Positions 28,320 to 38,823 of a stretch of DNA of 64,000 nt are shown piece after piece. The DNA lies in the NCBI GenBank assembly GCA_038253555.1, contig JBBSGZ010000002.1, positions 4,224 to 68,223 on the forward strand, written 5' to 3'. The stretch comes from Thermoanaerobaculia bacterium. Its GTDB lineage: Bacteria > Acidobacteriota > Thermoanaerobaculia > UBA5066 > Gp7-AA6. The notes under the pieces are model-generated. The model was not told the DNA's origin. It made no database searches and was given only the letters and a program-made list of their open reading frames with translations. The translations under genes were made by a program, and so were the position numbers. The first letter of the stretch is position 1. The number at the start of each line of letters is the position of its first letter.

Positions 28320-29882
28320 TCAGCTTTCCGCCCGAGTCATCGCGCCCTCTCGCAGGTCGATCGCGCCGCCGGGCCCGGCGCCCTCCTCGACCGTGTCCTC
28401 CGCCCCGCCGACCAGCCTGCGGATCGGCCGCGCGAAGATCAGGAGGACCAGCCCGGCGACTCCCGTGACTTTGGCGACGGCGGAGAACAGCTCCGACACC
28501 CCCATCCCCTCGAACCCGCCCGCCGCGAGACCGGCAATCAGGTTCCCGAGTGCGGTTCCCATGAACCACGTGCCCATGAGCTGCCCCGCGAGCTTCTTCG
28601 GGGCGAGCTTGGTGACGCTCGAGAGCCCGACAGGTGAGAGGCACAGCTCTCCGGCGGTGTGGAGGAGGTAGGTCATGATCATCCACATCATGCTGACCTT
28701 TACGCCGCCGATCGCGTACGACGCGCCCAGGGCCAGCACGAGGAATCCCGCCGCCAGAAACAGCAGACCGACACCCATTTTCGCCGCCGTCGACGGCTGC
28801 CGGCGCCCGAGCTTGATCCACAGGGCCCCGAAAACCGGCGCGAGAGCGATCAAGAAAATCGAGTTCACCGACTGGAACCAGGACGTCGGGATTGTCTTGC
28901 CGAAGAGATCGCGATTCATGAGCCGGTCGCTGAACAGGTTGAGGGAGGAGCCCGCCTGCTCGAATCCCGCCCAGAAAAGCACGGCCGCCATGAAGAAAAT
29001 GAAGATCACGCCAATCCGCTTCTTTTCCGCCACCGTGATCTTCGCGAACAGGAGAATCGAAGCGAAGTAGAGGATCGCCAGACCGAGCATGAAATAGCCG
29101 GTGCCCTTCGCGACGCCGTACAGGTTCATTCGGACGACTCCCGCCACCTGAAGGGCCACGAGCGCCGCCAGCACACCGAAAACGACGGCGACGCCGATCG
29201 CGAGGCTTCGGCGGGCCCCCCTGTCGGCGATCGGCGTACTTTCGTCGGCTCGCCGGAGCCCCGCTTTTCCCAGGTACTTCGCGCCGAGCCGGTACTGGAT
29301 CAGGCCGAGGACCATGCCGATGCCGGCGGCGGAGAACCCCAGGTGCCAGTTCACCCTCTCGCCGAGGTAGCCGCAGATCAAGGGCCCGACGAGAGCGCCC
29401 ACGTTGATGCCCGAATAGAAGACGGAAAAGCCCGCGTCCCGGCGGGGACTGCCGGCGGGATACAGGTCTCCGACCATCGCGCTGACGTTCGGCTTCAAGA
29501 GGCCCGTCCCGAGGACGATCAGGACCAGGCCGCCGTAGAAGGTGGGAGCGGTCGGGATGGCCATGGAGAAGTGGCCGGCCGCGATGATGCAGCCGCCGAC
29601 GAACACGGCGTATCGCTGACCGAGGATCCGGTCCGCGATCCATCCGCCCGGGAGCGCCATCAGGTATACGAAGCCGGTATAGAGGCCGTAGATCGCGGCG
29701 GCCGATTTGTCGGTCAGGCCGAAGCCTCCGGTCTGCACGGAAGCCACCAGGAACAGGATGAGAAGACCCCGCATCCCGTAGTAGCTGAATCGCTCCCACA
29801 TCTCCGTGAAAAAGAGCGTCGAAAGCCCGCGCGGATGGCCGAGCCACTGCTTCTCGGAGACCGGGGCCGTATTCATCGCCAT
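28320..29882 (-). CDS. POT-family proton-dependent di/tripeptide transporter (MFS)
   Basis: N-terminal HPRGLSTLFFTEMWERFSYYGMRGLLILFL PTR2 signature with about 14 TM helices. Confidence 0.9.
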   Translation of the reverse strand: MAMNTAPVSEKQWLGHPRGLSTLFFTEMWERFSYYGMRGLLILFLVASVQTGGFGLTDKSAAAIYGLYTGFVYLMALPGGWIADRILGQRYAVFVGGCIIAAGHFSMAIPTAPTFYGGLVLIVLGTGLLKPNVSAMVGDLYPAGSPRRDAGFSVFYSGINVGALVGPLICGYLGERVNWHLGFSAAGIGMVLGLIQYRLGAKYLGKAGLRRADESTPIADRGARRSLAIGVAVVFGVLAALVALQVAGVVRMNLYGVAKGTGYFMLGLAILYFASILLFAKITVAEKKRIGVIFIFFMAAVLFWAGFEQAGSSLNLFSDRLMNRDLFGKTIPTSWFQSVNSIFLIALAPVFGALWIKLGRRQPSTAAKMGVGLLFLAAGFLVLALGASYAIGGVKVSMMWMIMTYLLHTAGELCLSPVGLSSVTKLAPKKLAGQLMGTWFMGTALGNLIAGLAAGGFEGMGVSELFSAVAKVTGVAGLVLLIFARPIRRLVGGAEDTVEEGAGPGGAIDLREGAMTRAES

Positions 29883-30046
29883 GGACCGCTCCTTCGGACG
29901 TGCGGCGTCTCGATCCTCGGTGCGCGTGACTTCCAGCGGTCAGGCTACCAGAAGCGCCGGGGAGCCGTGCCCGGGTGTGAGCGGGAACAAAGGTGTCCGG
30001 CACGCCGCGACGCGCGAGTCGGGAGCCGCCTTGTTAGCATCGTTCG

Positions 30047-31759
30047 ATGCCGAGCCCGGCCTTCCTGGGACCGATCGCGCTCATCCTGCTCGCGGCGCTC
30101 GCCGCGGCCTGGCTCGTCCAGCGCGTGCGCCAGCCGCCGCTCGTGGGCTTCCTCGGGGCCGGCGTGCTCGTCGGGCCGTACGGACTCGGCCTCGTTCGCG
30201 ACGTGCACGTCGTCGAGACGCTGGCTGAAATCGGGGTCGTCCTGATCCTGTTCACCGTCGGTCTCGATCTGTCGCTCTCGAGCGTGCGCCGCCTCGGGCG
30301 CATCGTGGCGATCGCGGGGCCCGTGCAGTTCTTTGGCGTGATCGCCCTCGCCGCCGCGCTCGCCCGATGGCGCGGGGAGTCTCTGTCGCGCGGGATCCTG
30401 TTCGGGTTTCTCGTCGCGACCTGCACGACGGTGATCCTCCTGAAGCTCCTCATGGACCGCGGGGAGACGGATTCCCCGCACGGTCGCTTCCTCGTGGGGA
30501 TCAACGTCTTCGGCGACCTGATGGTGGTTCCGATGATGCTCCTGATCGTCCCGCTCTCCTCGCGCGGCTCGGTTGAGATCGGGACACTGGCGCTCGCGCT
30601 CGGCAAGGCGGCGGCGACCGTGGCGGTCATCGCGTTCGCGGCGCGGCGCATCGTGCCGCGCTTCCTCGCGGCGATGGTCCGGACGCGGCAGAAGGAGCTC
30701 TTCACCCTCGCCGTGCTCCTGCTCGTCTTCGGAACGGCGCTCGGGACCTCCGCCGCGGGGCTGTCGCTCGCCCTCGGCGCCTTCCTCGCGGGACTCGTCG
30801 TCTCGGAGTCCGAGTTCGGGCACCAGGCGGTGGCGGACATCGCCCCGTTCCGCGACGCCTTCAGCGCCCTGTTCTTCGTCTCCGTCGGCATGCTCTTCGA
30901 TCCGCGCGTGCTCCTGACGAGCCCTCTCGCCGTCGTTTCGGTTCTGGCGTTCGTTCTCCTCGGGAAGGCGGCGTTCGGCGCTCTCCCGGTCCTTCTGCTC
31001 GGCTACGGACCCCGGGTCGCCCTCGTCGTGGGAATCTCGCTCGCGCAGATCGGCGAATTTTCTTTCGTCCTCCTTTCGGCGGCGCACCGGGCCGGCGGGA
31101 TCGACGGGACGGAGTACCAGGCCATCCTGGCGGCCGCCATCGCTTCGATGATCGCGACCCCGTTCCTCTTCGAGGCGAGCCACCGCGTGGCGTATCGCCT
31201 GGCGGGCGGCGAACGCGGCAGGCTCGACGCCCCGGCGGCGGCACCGGGCGGAGCACCCGGCGAGGGACACGTCGTGATCCTCGGATTCGGCCACACGGGG
31301 GAAACTCTCGCCCGCGTCCTCGGCCGCTCGAAAATTCCCTTCCGGATCCTGGAGCTCAACCCCGACCGCGTGGCCCGCGCCCGGGGAAAGGGGCTCTGGA
31401 TCGAATATGGCGACGCGGCGAACGATCGCGTTCTGCGCCACTGCGGGATCGAGAAGGCGCGCGCCGCGCTGGTCCTCCTCTCCGATCCGCGCGCCACACG
31501 GCGGGCCGTCCGGCTCTGCCGCGGTCTCGCCCCCGGCATCTTCCTGATCGCGCGCACGCGGTACCTCGCGGAGATCCCGGAGCTCGCGGCGCTCGGCGCC
31601 GACGAAGTGGTGGCCGAGGAGTTCGAGACCTCGCTCGAGATCTCGAGCCGCACGCTCCGCCACTTCGGGTTTCCGCTGCCCTGGGTGGAGGCGGAGACGT
31701 CGGAGATCCGCCGCGAGCGGCACGACCGCTTCCGGCGCTTCGATGCCCCCGGCTCGTGA
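30047..31759 (+). CDS. CPA2-family monovalent cation/H+ antiporter (KefB/KefC-like) with C-terminal RCK/TrkA-N domain
   Basis: Na_H exchanger TM domain followed by the HVVILGFGHTGETLARVL Rossmann motif. Confidence 0.85.
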   Translation: MPSPAFLGPIALILLAALAAAWLVQRVRQPPLVGFLGAGVLVGPYGLGLVRDVHVVETLAEIGVVLILFTVGLDLSLSSVRRLGRIVAIAGPVQFFGVIALAAALARWRGESLSRGILFGFLVATCTTVILLKLLMDRGETDSPHGRFLVGINVFGDLMVVPMMLLIVPLSSRGSVEIGTLALALGKAAATVAVIAFAARRIVPRFLAAMVRTRQKELFTLAVLLLVFGTALGTSAAGLSLALGAFLAGLVVSESEFGHQAVADIAPFRDAFSALFFVSVGMLFDPRVLLTSPLAVVSVLAFVLLGKAAFGALPVLLLGYGPRVALVVGISLAQIGEFSFVLLSAAHRAGGIDGTEYQAILAAAIASMIATPFLFEASHRVAYRLAGGERGRLDAPAAAPGGAPGEGHVVILGFGHTGETLARVLGRSKIPFRILELNPDRVARARGKGLWIEYGDAANDRVLRHCGIEKARAALVLLSDPRATRRAVRLCRGLAPGIFLIARTRYLAEIPELAALGADEVVAEEFETSLEISSRTLRHFGFPLPWVEAETSEIRRERHDRFRRFDAPGS

Positions 31760-31762
31760 GGC

Positions 31763-33124
31763 TCAGGGGCCGGCGGACCCCCCGGTTCCCTCGCGAAAAG
31801 CGACCTCCAGGCTCTCCCCGACCATGCGGCAGGTCCGGCGCACGTCCGCCTCCGTGTGCGCGGTGGAAAGGAACCACGCTTCGAACTGCGCGGGCGGCAG
31901 AAAGATCCCGCGTTCGCGCATCGCATGGAAGAAGGCCGCGTAGCGCGCCGTGTCGCTCTGCTTCGCCGAAGCGAAGTCGTGGATCTCTCCCGGTGAAAAG
32001 AACAGGGTCGAGAGGGACCCGACGCGCTGAAAGCTCACGCGGTCGGCCACGCCCGCCTCGGCGATCGCCGCGCGGACCCCCTCCTCGAGAACGCAGCCGA
32101 GGCGCTCGAGCAAAGCGTACGGGGGATGGCGGGCGATCTCCCCGAGCATCGCGAGTCCTGCTTCCATCGCGAGAGGATTGCCCGACAGCGTCCCCGCCTG
32201 GTACACGGGACCGGACGGCGCCATGCGCGACAGGAGGTCGCGCGAGCCGCCGTAGGCGCCGACTGGAAGGCCCCCGCCGAGGATCTTCCCGAGGGTCGTC
32301 AGATCGGGAAGCACGCCGTAATACTCCTGAGCGCCTCCCGCTCCGAGACGGAATCCGCTGATCACCTCGTCGAACACGAGAAGGGCCCCGTGACGGCGCG
32401 TGAGGTCGCGAACGGCCTGCAGGTATCCCGGCTTCGGAGGCACGACGCCCATGTTCGCGGCCAGAGGCTCGAGAATGAAGGCCGCGATCTCCCCCGGGAA
32501 GCGGTCGAAGGCCGCCGCGAGCGCCGCGGGATCGTTGTAAGGCACGACGGTCGTCAGGGCGGCGGCGGCATCCGGCACTCCCGGGCTGCCCGCGATGCCC
32601 AGAGTCGCGACGCCCGAGCCCGCCGCCACCAGGAAGGCGTCCCCGTGGCCGTGATACCCGCCGTCCGCTTTCACGATCCGGGCGCGCCCGGTGGCGGCGC
32701 GGGCGAGGCGAACCGCGCTCATCGTCGCTTCGGTCCCGGAGCTGACGAATCGCACCATCTCGATCGAGGGAACCATGGCGGCGACGCGGCCCGCGAGTCG
32801 GACCTCGAGCTCCGTCGGCGCGCCGAAAGACGTGCCTCGACGGATCGCCCGCGAGAGCGCGTTCCTGACGAAGAGAGGGACGTGCCCGAAGAGGTGGGGG
32901 CCATAGGACTGCACGTAGTCGATGTAGGACCTGCCGTCCGCGTCGCGCAGCCGGGCCCCCCGGCCCGAAGCGGCGAAGAACGGCTCTCCCCCGACGGAGG
33001 CGAAGGAGCGCACCGGTGAGCTCACTCCCCCGGGCATCAACGCGATGGCGCGCCGGAAGAGGGCTCTGGATTTGATTCCGGCGGCGGCCGCGCGGGCGCG
33101 GCGGGCGCCGGGACGGCGCTTCAA
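31763..33124 (-). CDS. hemL: glutamate-1-semialdehyde 2,1-aminomutase
   Basis: PGGVSSPVRSF..., class-III aminotransferase PLP region, about 430 aa. Confidence 0.9.
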   Translation of the reverse strand: MKRRPGARRARAAAAGIKSRALFRRAIALMPGGVSSPVRSFASVGGEPFFAASGRGARLRDADGRSYIDYVQSYGPHLFGHVPLFVRNALSRAIRRGTSFGAPTELEVRLAGRVAAMVPSIEMVRFVSSGTEATMSAVRLARAATGRARIVKADGGYHGHGDAFLVAAGSGVATLGIAGSPGVPDAAAALTTVVPYNDPAALAAAFDRFPGEIAAFILEPLAANMGVVPPKPGYLQAVRDLTRRHGALLVFDEVISGFRLGAGGAQEYYGVLPDLTTLGKILGGGLPVGAYGGSRDLLSRMAPSGPVYQAGTLSGNPLAMEAGLAMLGEIARHPPYALLERLGCVLEEGVRAAIAEAGVADRVSFQRVGSLSTLFFSPGEIHDFASAKQSDTARYAAFFHAMRERGIFLPPAQFEAWFLSTAHTEADVRRTCRMVGESLEVAFREGTGGSAGP

Positions 33125-33128
33125 CGCA

Positions 33129-34121
33129 TCACGCCGGGAGGCCGCCTTCGGCGATCCAGCGGGCGGCGTCGAGCGCGTGATACGTGAGCACGAAATCCGC
33201 TCCCGCCCGCACGATCCCGGTCAGGATCTCCAGGACGATCCGCTGCTCGTCGATCCACCCGTTCGCGGCGGCGGCCTTCACCATCGCGTACTCCCCCGAC
33301 ACGTTGTAGGCGGCGATCGGCGCATCGAAGCTCTCCCGCGCTTCCCGGATGACGTCGAGATAAGCGAGCGCCGGTTTCACCATGACGGCATCCGCGCCCT
33401 CTTCGAGATCGAGCGCGATCTCCCGCATCGCCTCGCGGCGGTTGGACGGGTCCATCTGGTAGCCGCGCCGATCGCCGAATTTCGGGGCGGAGTCCGCCGC
33501 CTCGCGAAACGGCCCGTAGAAGGCCGAGGCCGACTTGGCGGAGTAGGCGAGGATCGCGATTTCCGCGAACCCTTCCTCGTCGAGACCTTCGCGGATGGCC
33601 GCGACCCGCCCGTCCATCATGTCGGACGGCGCGACCACGTCGGCGCCCGCCCGCGCGTGGGACAGGGCGCAGCGCGCCAGAAGCGGCAGCGTCGCGTCGT
33701 TATCCACCTCGCCGTCGCGAACGACGCCGCAATGGCCGTGGGAGGTGTACTCGTCGAGGCAGACGTCCGTGATTACGAGCAGGCCCGGCAGTTCCTTCTT
33801 CAGCAGCCGGACGGTCGACTGGACCGCCGCGTCGTCGTCGGAGCCTTCGCTGCCGGTCTCGTCCTTGCGCTCCGGGATGCCGAAGAGGATGACCGCCGGG
33901 ACGCGCGCGGCGGAGAGCTCCTGGCCCGCCGCGAGCGCCTCGTCCGGCGAGAGCCGGAAGACGCCGGGGAGCGACGAGATCTCCTCGCGGACTCCGCGTC
34001 CGTGGCGGACGAACAGGGGCGCCACGAGCTGGTCCGCCGACAGCCGCGTTTCCCGCACGAGACGGCGCAGGGCGGGACTGCGGCGCAGCCGTCGGGAGCG
34101 GTGGATCGGAAACGGGCTCAC
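33129..34121 (-). CDS. hemB: porphobilinogen synthase (delta-aminolevulinic acid dehydratase)
   Basis: N-terminal RRLRRSPALRRLVRET; active-site Lys region; ITDVCLDEYTSHGHCGV. Confidence 0.9.
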   Translation of the reverse strand: MSPFPIHRSRRLRRSPALRRLVRETRLSADQLVAPLFVRHGRGVREEISSLPGVFRLSPDEALAAGQELSAARVPAVILFGIPERKDETGSEGSDDDAAVQSTVRLLKKELPGLLVITDVCLDEYTSHGHCGVVRDGEVDNDATLPLLARCALSHARAGADVVAPSDMMDGRVAAIREGLDEEGFAEIAILAYSAKSASAFYGPFREAADSAPKFGDRRGYQMDPSNRREAMREIALDLEEGADAVMVKPALAYLDVIREARESFDAPIAAYNVSGEYAMVKAAAANGWIDEQRIVLEILTGIVRAGADFVLTYHALDAARWIAEGGLPA

Positions 34122-34130
34122 GCGACGAAT

Positions 34131-34874
34131 CTATGCCGTGCGCCGCGCCGCGGCAAGCTCCGCCAGGCGGTCGAGGAGGGAGTCGAAGTTCGGCTCCCGC
34201 GACGTTTCCACATGACCGATTCCGTGGGAGCCGACGTACCGTCCCGTGAATCGGCCGAGCACGACGGCAGGCATCGCGCGAATTCGATCCATCCCCGCGG
34301 GAGTGGCGGTCGTGAATAGCCACCGCGCCGCCGCGGGCGAGGTGGCCGCGAAGGCAAAAAACGCCCCGCTCTCGAGCAGACCGTTCAACTCCGCATCGGC
34401 AGGCTCGGAGACTTTCCGGTACAACACGATCGGCCGCAGCCGTGCTCCGCGCGCCGCGAGGGCCTCGGGCAGCTCGACGGTCGCGTCCTCGCCCCGGGGA
34501 AGAAGGATCCGCCAGCCGTCGAGGCGCTTCGGCAGCCGGTCGAGAACGCTGGCGCCGGAGCCCGCGGCGACGATGGCCGGCTCGACGCCGACGTCCCGCA
34601 GCGCGGCAGCCGTCGCCTCGCCGACCGCCGCCACGCGGCCCTTCGCGAGGCTCTCTGAAAAGAGCCGCGTCCGCTCCGGGTCCTCGAAGAAGATCCGGAC
34701 GGCGACGCGGCTCGTGAAGACCGCGAGAGCCGCGGGCTCTTCGAGCGCGTTCGAGGCGGCCGGCATCGGATCGATGCGGTGGCTGATCTTCTCGAAAATC
34801 TGGAGAATCGATGGATCGGGTGTCCGCGGAAAATAGGCGGCGCCGGAGCGGACGACGAGCGCCCGGGGAATCAC
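34131..34874 (-). CDS. hemD: uroporphyrinogen-III synthase
   Basis: Size and position between hemC and hemB; HemD-like composition. The ATG overlaps the hemC stop. Confidence 0.7.
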   Translation of the reverse strand: MIPRALVVRSGAAYFPRTPDPSILQIFEKISHRIDPMPAASNALEEPAALAVFTSRVAVRIFFEDPERTRLFSESLAKGRVAAVGEATAAALRDVGVEPAIVAAGSGASVLDRLPKRLDGWRILLPRGEDATVELPEALAARGARLRPIVLYRKVSEPADAELNGLLESGAFFAFAATSPAAARWLFTTATPAGMDRIRAMPAVVLGRFTGRYVGSHGIGHVETSREPNFDSLLDRLAELAAARRTA

Positions 34875-35797
34875 TCCCGCGCCTCTTCCAGGAGGGGGCC
34901 CGCGCCGCGCGCGAGCAGCTGGCGCGCGACCCTCTCCGACAGCTCGTCGGGAGAGGCCGCGGGGCCCTCGGCTTCCTCCCGCATTGCGACCCGGCCGTCG
35001 AGCGAGTAGACGCCCGCCGACAGCCTCATCGAGTCGCCAGAGATCACGGCGCGGCCCGCGAGAGGGGCCCGGCAGCCCGCGTGAAGACGCTGGAGCAGGC
35101 CGCGCTCGGCGAGGATCTCGGCGTGCGAAGGCGCGTGGTCGAGCGCCGCGAGAGCCGCCAGGACGGCCGTGTCGCCCGCCCGGGCGACTAAGGCGAGCGC
35201 TCCCTGGCCGATGGCCGGCAGCAGCAGTTCGGGGCCGAAGACGTCGTCCACGTCGCGGAGCCGCCCGAGCCGGGCGAGCCCGGCGCGAGCGAGGACGATC
35301 GCGTCCCAGCGCCCCTCCTCGAGCCGGCGGATCCTCGTGTCCACGTTCCCGCGGGCCTCGGTGACGACGAGGTCCGGCCGCGCGGAGAGAAGCTGGGCGC
35401 GGCGGCGGGGGCTCCCCGTGCCGATGCGAGACCCTTGCGGGAGCTCCGCGAACGTCCGGCGGGGCCTCGACACCAGGACGTCGCTCGCGTCCTCCCGCGC
35501 CGGCACCGCGGCGAGAACGAGCCCGGCCGGAAGTTCCGCCGGCAGGTCCTTCAGGCTGTGCACCCCCACGTCGGCGCGGCCGTCGAGCAGGGCGTCGTCG
35601 ATCTCCTTCGTAAAGACGCCTTTTCCGGTGATCGCGGCGTCCAGGTGCGACAGCCGGTCGCCCGTCGTGCGGTACGTCGCGATCTCCGTCTCGACGAAGG
35701 CGGCCAGGGCCTTTGCGATGATCTCGACCTGCGCCAGCGAGAGCGCGGAGCCTCGCGCGGCCAGGCGGATCCGGCCCGGAACCGCAACCGACGTCAT
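34871..35797 (-). CDS. hemC: hydroxymethylbilane synthase (porphobilinogen deaminase)
   Basis: RLAARGSALSLAQVE...GDRLSHLDAAITGKGVFTKEID...HSLKDLP motifs. Confidence 0.9.
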   Translation of the reverse strand: MTSVAVPGRIRLAARGSALSLAQVEIIAKALAAFVETEIATYRTTGDRLSHLDAAITGKGVFTKEIDDALLDGRADVGVHSLKDLPAELPAGLVLAAVPAREDASDVLVSRPRRTFAELPQGSRIGTGSPRRRAQLLSARPDLVVTEARGNVDTRIRRLEEGRWDAIVLARAGLARLGRLRDVDDVFGPELLLPAIGQGALALVARAGDTAVLAALAALDHAPSHAEILAERGLLQRLHAGCRAPLAGRAVISGDSMRLSAGVYSLDGRVAMREEAEGPAASPDELSERVARQLLARGAGPLLEEARE

Positions 35798-35852
35798 TCG
35801 GACATCGCCGTTCGCCCTGCGCCCTTCCCCCTTCGCCCGTCCCGGTCCCCCC

Positions 35853-37121
35853 TCACTCGTCGTCGTCGAGATGGAACAGGTGGCGGATGGCCTCCACGCG
35901 GTCCAGACGGCGTCCCGCGTCCGGTTCGGATTTCAGACGGCGCATCGGCTCATGAAGCAGGCGGGCCGCGAGAGAGTTCGCGAAGGCCGTGAAGCGTTCC
36001 CGGTCCGCGGCCGGAAGTCTCGCGAGCTCCTCGTCCCGGATCCGGTCGAGATGCCCTCGCAGACCCGTCACCGTCGGAACGACCGAAAGGTTGCCCATCC
36101 AGGTCAGAAATTTCGAAAGCTCTTCTTCCAGGACCTCTTCGGCGCGCGGCACCTCGCGAGCGCGCCTCCGGCGGTTGTCTTCGGCCACCGACTCGAGGTC
36201 GTTCACTCCGTAGACGAACGTGTTGTAGACGTCGCGCACGGAGGGCTCGACATCGGGCGGCACCGCCAGGTCCAGGAAAAATATCGGGCGGCCGCGCCGC
36301 TGGCGCATCGCGTTCTCGACGTCGTCCCGCCTCACGACCGGGCGGGGACTCGCGGTCGTGCCGACGACGACGTCCGCCGACACGAACTCCCGGGCGATGT
36401 CCTCCCAGGGGACGACGATGCCGGAAACGCGCGCGGCGAGAGTCTCGGCCCGGCCGGGAGTGCGGTTGGCGATGCGCAGGTCGCGGACGCCCGCGTCCAG
36501 GGCCTGGCGCGCGAAGAGACTGCCCGTGTCCCCGGCGCCCAAGACGAGCACGGTCCGCCGGGACAGGTCCCCGAACACTTTCGTGGCGAGCTCGAACCCG
36601 ATCGAGACGACCGAGAGGGGATGCCGCCCGAGCTCGGTTTCGGACCGCACTCGCTTTCCGGCGGCGACGGCGGATTCGAACAGGCGATGGAGCACGGCGC
36701 GCGTCGCCCCGGATTCGCGCGCGATGCGCAGGGCCCGGCGCACCTGCCCGAGCACCTCGCTTTCGCCGAGCGCCATGGAGTCGAGCCCCGCCGCGACGCG
36801 GAACAGGTGCCGGGCGGCTTCGGCGCCCTCGCGGCGGAACCCCGCGCGCTCGAGTGCCGCCGGCTCCAGCCCCCGCCACTCGGAAACGTACCGGGTGACG
36901 AGGTCGCCGGCGTCCTCGCCTTCCGAAAAAAGCGCGTAGATCTCGCTGCGGTGGCACGTCGAGACGATCACGCCCTCAGACACGATCCCTTTGCCGAGGA
37001 GCGAACGGAGGGCCTCGCTGACTTCGTCCGCAGAAAGGGCGATCCGGTCGCGGACGGCGCTCTCCGCGAGGCGAAAGTTCCAGCCGAGCAGGAGGAGGTG
37101 GGCGTCGGCCGTCCGGCTCAT
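35853..37121 (-). CDS. hemA: glutamyl-tRNA reductase
   Basis: LLLLGWNFRLAESAVRDRIA...STCHRSEIY...LGAGDTG NADPH site. ATG at 37121 overlaps the hemX stop (ATGA). Confidence 0.9.
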   Translation of the reverse strand: MSRTADAHLLLLGWNFRLAESAVRDRIALSADEVSEALRSLLGKGIVSEGVIVSTCHRSEIYALFSEGEDAGDLVTRYVSEWRGLEPAALERAGFRREGAEAARHLFRVAAGLDSMALGESEVLGQVRRALRIARESGATRAVLHRLFESAVAAGKRVRSETELGRHPLSVVSIGFELATKVFGDLSRRTVLVLGAGDTGSLFARQALDAGVRDLRIANRTPGRAETLAARVSGIVVPWEDIAREFVSADVVVGTTASPRPVVRRDDVENAMRQRRGRPIFFLDLAVPPDVEPSVRDVYNTFVYGVNDLESVAEDNRRRRAREVPRAEEVLEEELSKFLTWMGNLSVVPTVTGLRGHLDRIRDEELARLPAADRERFTAFANSLAARLLHEPMRRLKSEPDAGRRLDRVEAIRHLFHLDDDE

Positions 37122-37945
37122 CGGAATCCGTGGGATCGGGAGAAGTACATGTTCACGATGGTGTAGGAAAACAGGACGAGGCCGTACCCGACGATCGAAA
37201 GGATCGCCACCCGCGCGCCCTTCCAGCTGCGCCGCTCCATCCAGAGCAGGAACCCGTACAGGACGAGCGTCGCGACGGCCCATTCGATCTTGGGGTCTCC
37301 CACCGTCGCCCAGACGCGGTTCGCCCACAGGAGGCCGAACAGGACCGAAGCGGCGAGGACGGCGATTCCGATCGTGACGCTCGTGCGATTCATGCGGCCG
37401 ATCACCTCTAAGGGAGGCAGCCGGGCGAAGAGAACGCCCGTGCGGCCCCGGCGGATCTGCCGGTTCTGCACCAGGTAGAGGACCGACAGCACGAAAGAAA
37501 ACGTGAACGCGGCGTATCCCAGGATGCCGAACGTGACGTGCAGGGCGAAGAGAGATCCGCGCATTTCGCTGTCGGGCGCGGACGCGTGCGCGGGAAGGAG
37601 CAGGCCCGCGGCCGAGAAGAGAATCACAAAGGGGATGAGGAAGGGCCCGATGGCGCGCTCGCGATGCCGGAAGAGCAGCGCGAGGTAGGACACGCCGAGC
37701 ATCCACCCGAAAAGCGAGAGAGAGCCGCCGAAGCTGCGGTACGGGACCGAGTGGAGCTTTCGGGCGGTGACTTCGAGGTCCGCGAAATGAACGGCCAGGC
37801 CCGATGCCAGGAAGACGAGCGCGAGGGAGGTCCGGAAGATCGCGCCGGACGACCCCCTCCCGGGCTTCAAGAGCGAGAGGATAGAAAGCGCCTCGGCTCC
37901 CAGGTAGAGAGCGACGGCGAGCCAGCCGAGCGCGTGCCATTCCAT
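37118..37945 (-). CDS. hemX: CcsA-family cytochrome c assembly-like membrane protein (HemX-like, first gene of a Bacillus-type hem operon)
   Basis: Eight hydrophobic helices and a W-rich LWANRVWATVGDPKIEW motif. Position before hemA mirrors Bacillus hemAXCDBL. Confidence 0.7.
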   Translation of the reverse strand: MEWHALGWLAVALYLGAEALSILSLLKPGRGSSGAIFRTSLALVFLASGLAVHFADLEVTARKLHSVPYRSFGGSLSLFGWMLGVSYLALLFRHRERAIGPFLIPFVILFSAAGLLLPAHASAPDSEMRGSLFALHVTFGILGYAAFTFSFVLSVLYLVQNRQIRRGRTGVLFARLPPLEVIGRMNRTSVTIGIAVLAASVLFGLLWANRVWATVGDPKIEWAVATLVLYGFLLWMERRSWKGARVAILSIVGYGLVLFSYTIVNMYFSRSHGFR

Positions 37946-37987
37946 CGGCGAACCGAGTCTACCGGATGGAGACGGGCCGGGCGAGGA

Positions 37988-38620
37988 TCAGCGCCCCGAT
38001 TTTGCCGGAGCGGGAGTCGCCGGCTTCGCGTCTTCCAGGGGCTTATTCGCCTCCACCTGAATGTTGATCTCGACGTCGTCTCCGAGCATGACCCCGCCGG
38101 TCTCGACCGCCCGGTTCCAGGTGATGCCGTAATCCTTGCGGTCGATCGAGAACGAGACTACCTCGAAACCCGCCTTCTCGACCTTTCCGGCCTTCATGAA
38201 TCCGCCGTGACGGACGGGGATGGTGATCGTCTTCGTCACGCCGTGCATCGTGAACTCACCCGTGACATCGAAGGAGTCTTTCCCCTTCGGCGCGACCTTC
38301 GTGCTCTTGAACGTGATCGTCGGAAACTTCTCGACGTCGAAGAAATTGGGAGACTTCAGGTCCCGGTCGCGGCCCTCCGAGGCGGTGTCGATCGACGCGG
38401 CCTGGATGGTCAGGTCGACGCGAGAGGCGGCGGGGTTCTGCCGGTCGAGCACCGCCGAGCCTTCGAAGTCGCGAAAGCGCCCTTCGACCTTGGACACGAA
38501 GTGCCGGATGCGAAATCCGACCAGGCTGTGCGACTTGTCGAACTGAAAGATCTCGGGGGCGGCGAAGGCCGCCGAAGCGGTGAGCACGGCCGCGGCTGCC
38601 AGAAAGGCGATCCTCTTCAT
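37988..38620 (-). CDS. YceI-family periplasmic polyisoprenoid-binding protein
   Basis: Signal peptide MKRIAFLAAAAVLTASAAFA; YceI-like FDKSHSLVGFRIRHFVSKVEGRF...; 42 nt upstream of hemX on the same strand. Confidence 0.8.
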   Translation of the reverse strand: MKRIAFLAAAAVLTASAAFAAPEIFQFDKSHSLVGFRIRHFVSKVEGRFRDFEGSAVLDRQNPAASRVDLTIQAASIDTASEGRDRDLKSPNFFDVEKFPTITFKSTKVAPKGKDSFDVTGEFTMHGVTKTITIPVRHGGFMKAGKVEKAGFEVVSFSIDRKDYGITWNRAVETGGVMLGDDVEINIQVEANKPLEDAKPATPAPAKSGR

Positions 38621-38823
38621 CTTGCTTTCTCCTTGCTTTCGATTTTGCGCCGCCAGGGGCGCGTCCTCACAACCGGGATTTCGGAATGAATCGAAGTACG
38701 CCGTGGACGACCACCGGGGTTCGGCAGACCGGAAACAGGGCTTACCCTTGACCTCTCCCGGATGGCTTCATAGACTGCGCTTCCGGCTGAAACCGCCTCG
38801 AGGAGGATTCTCTTCCCCACCCG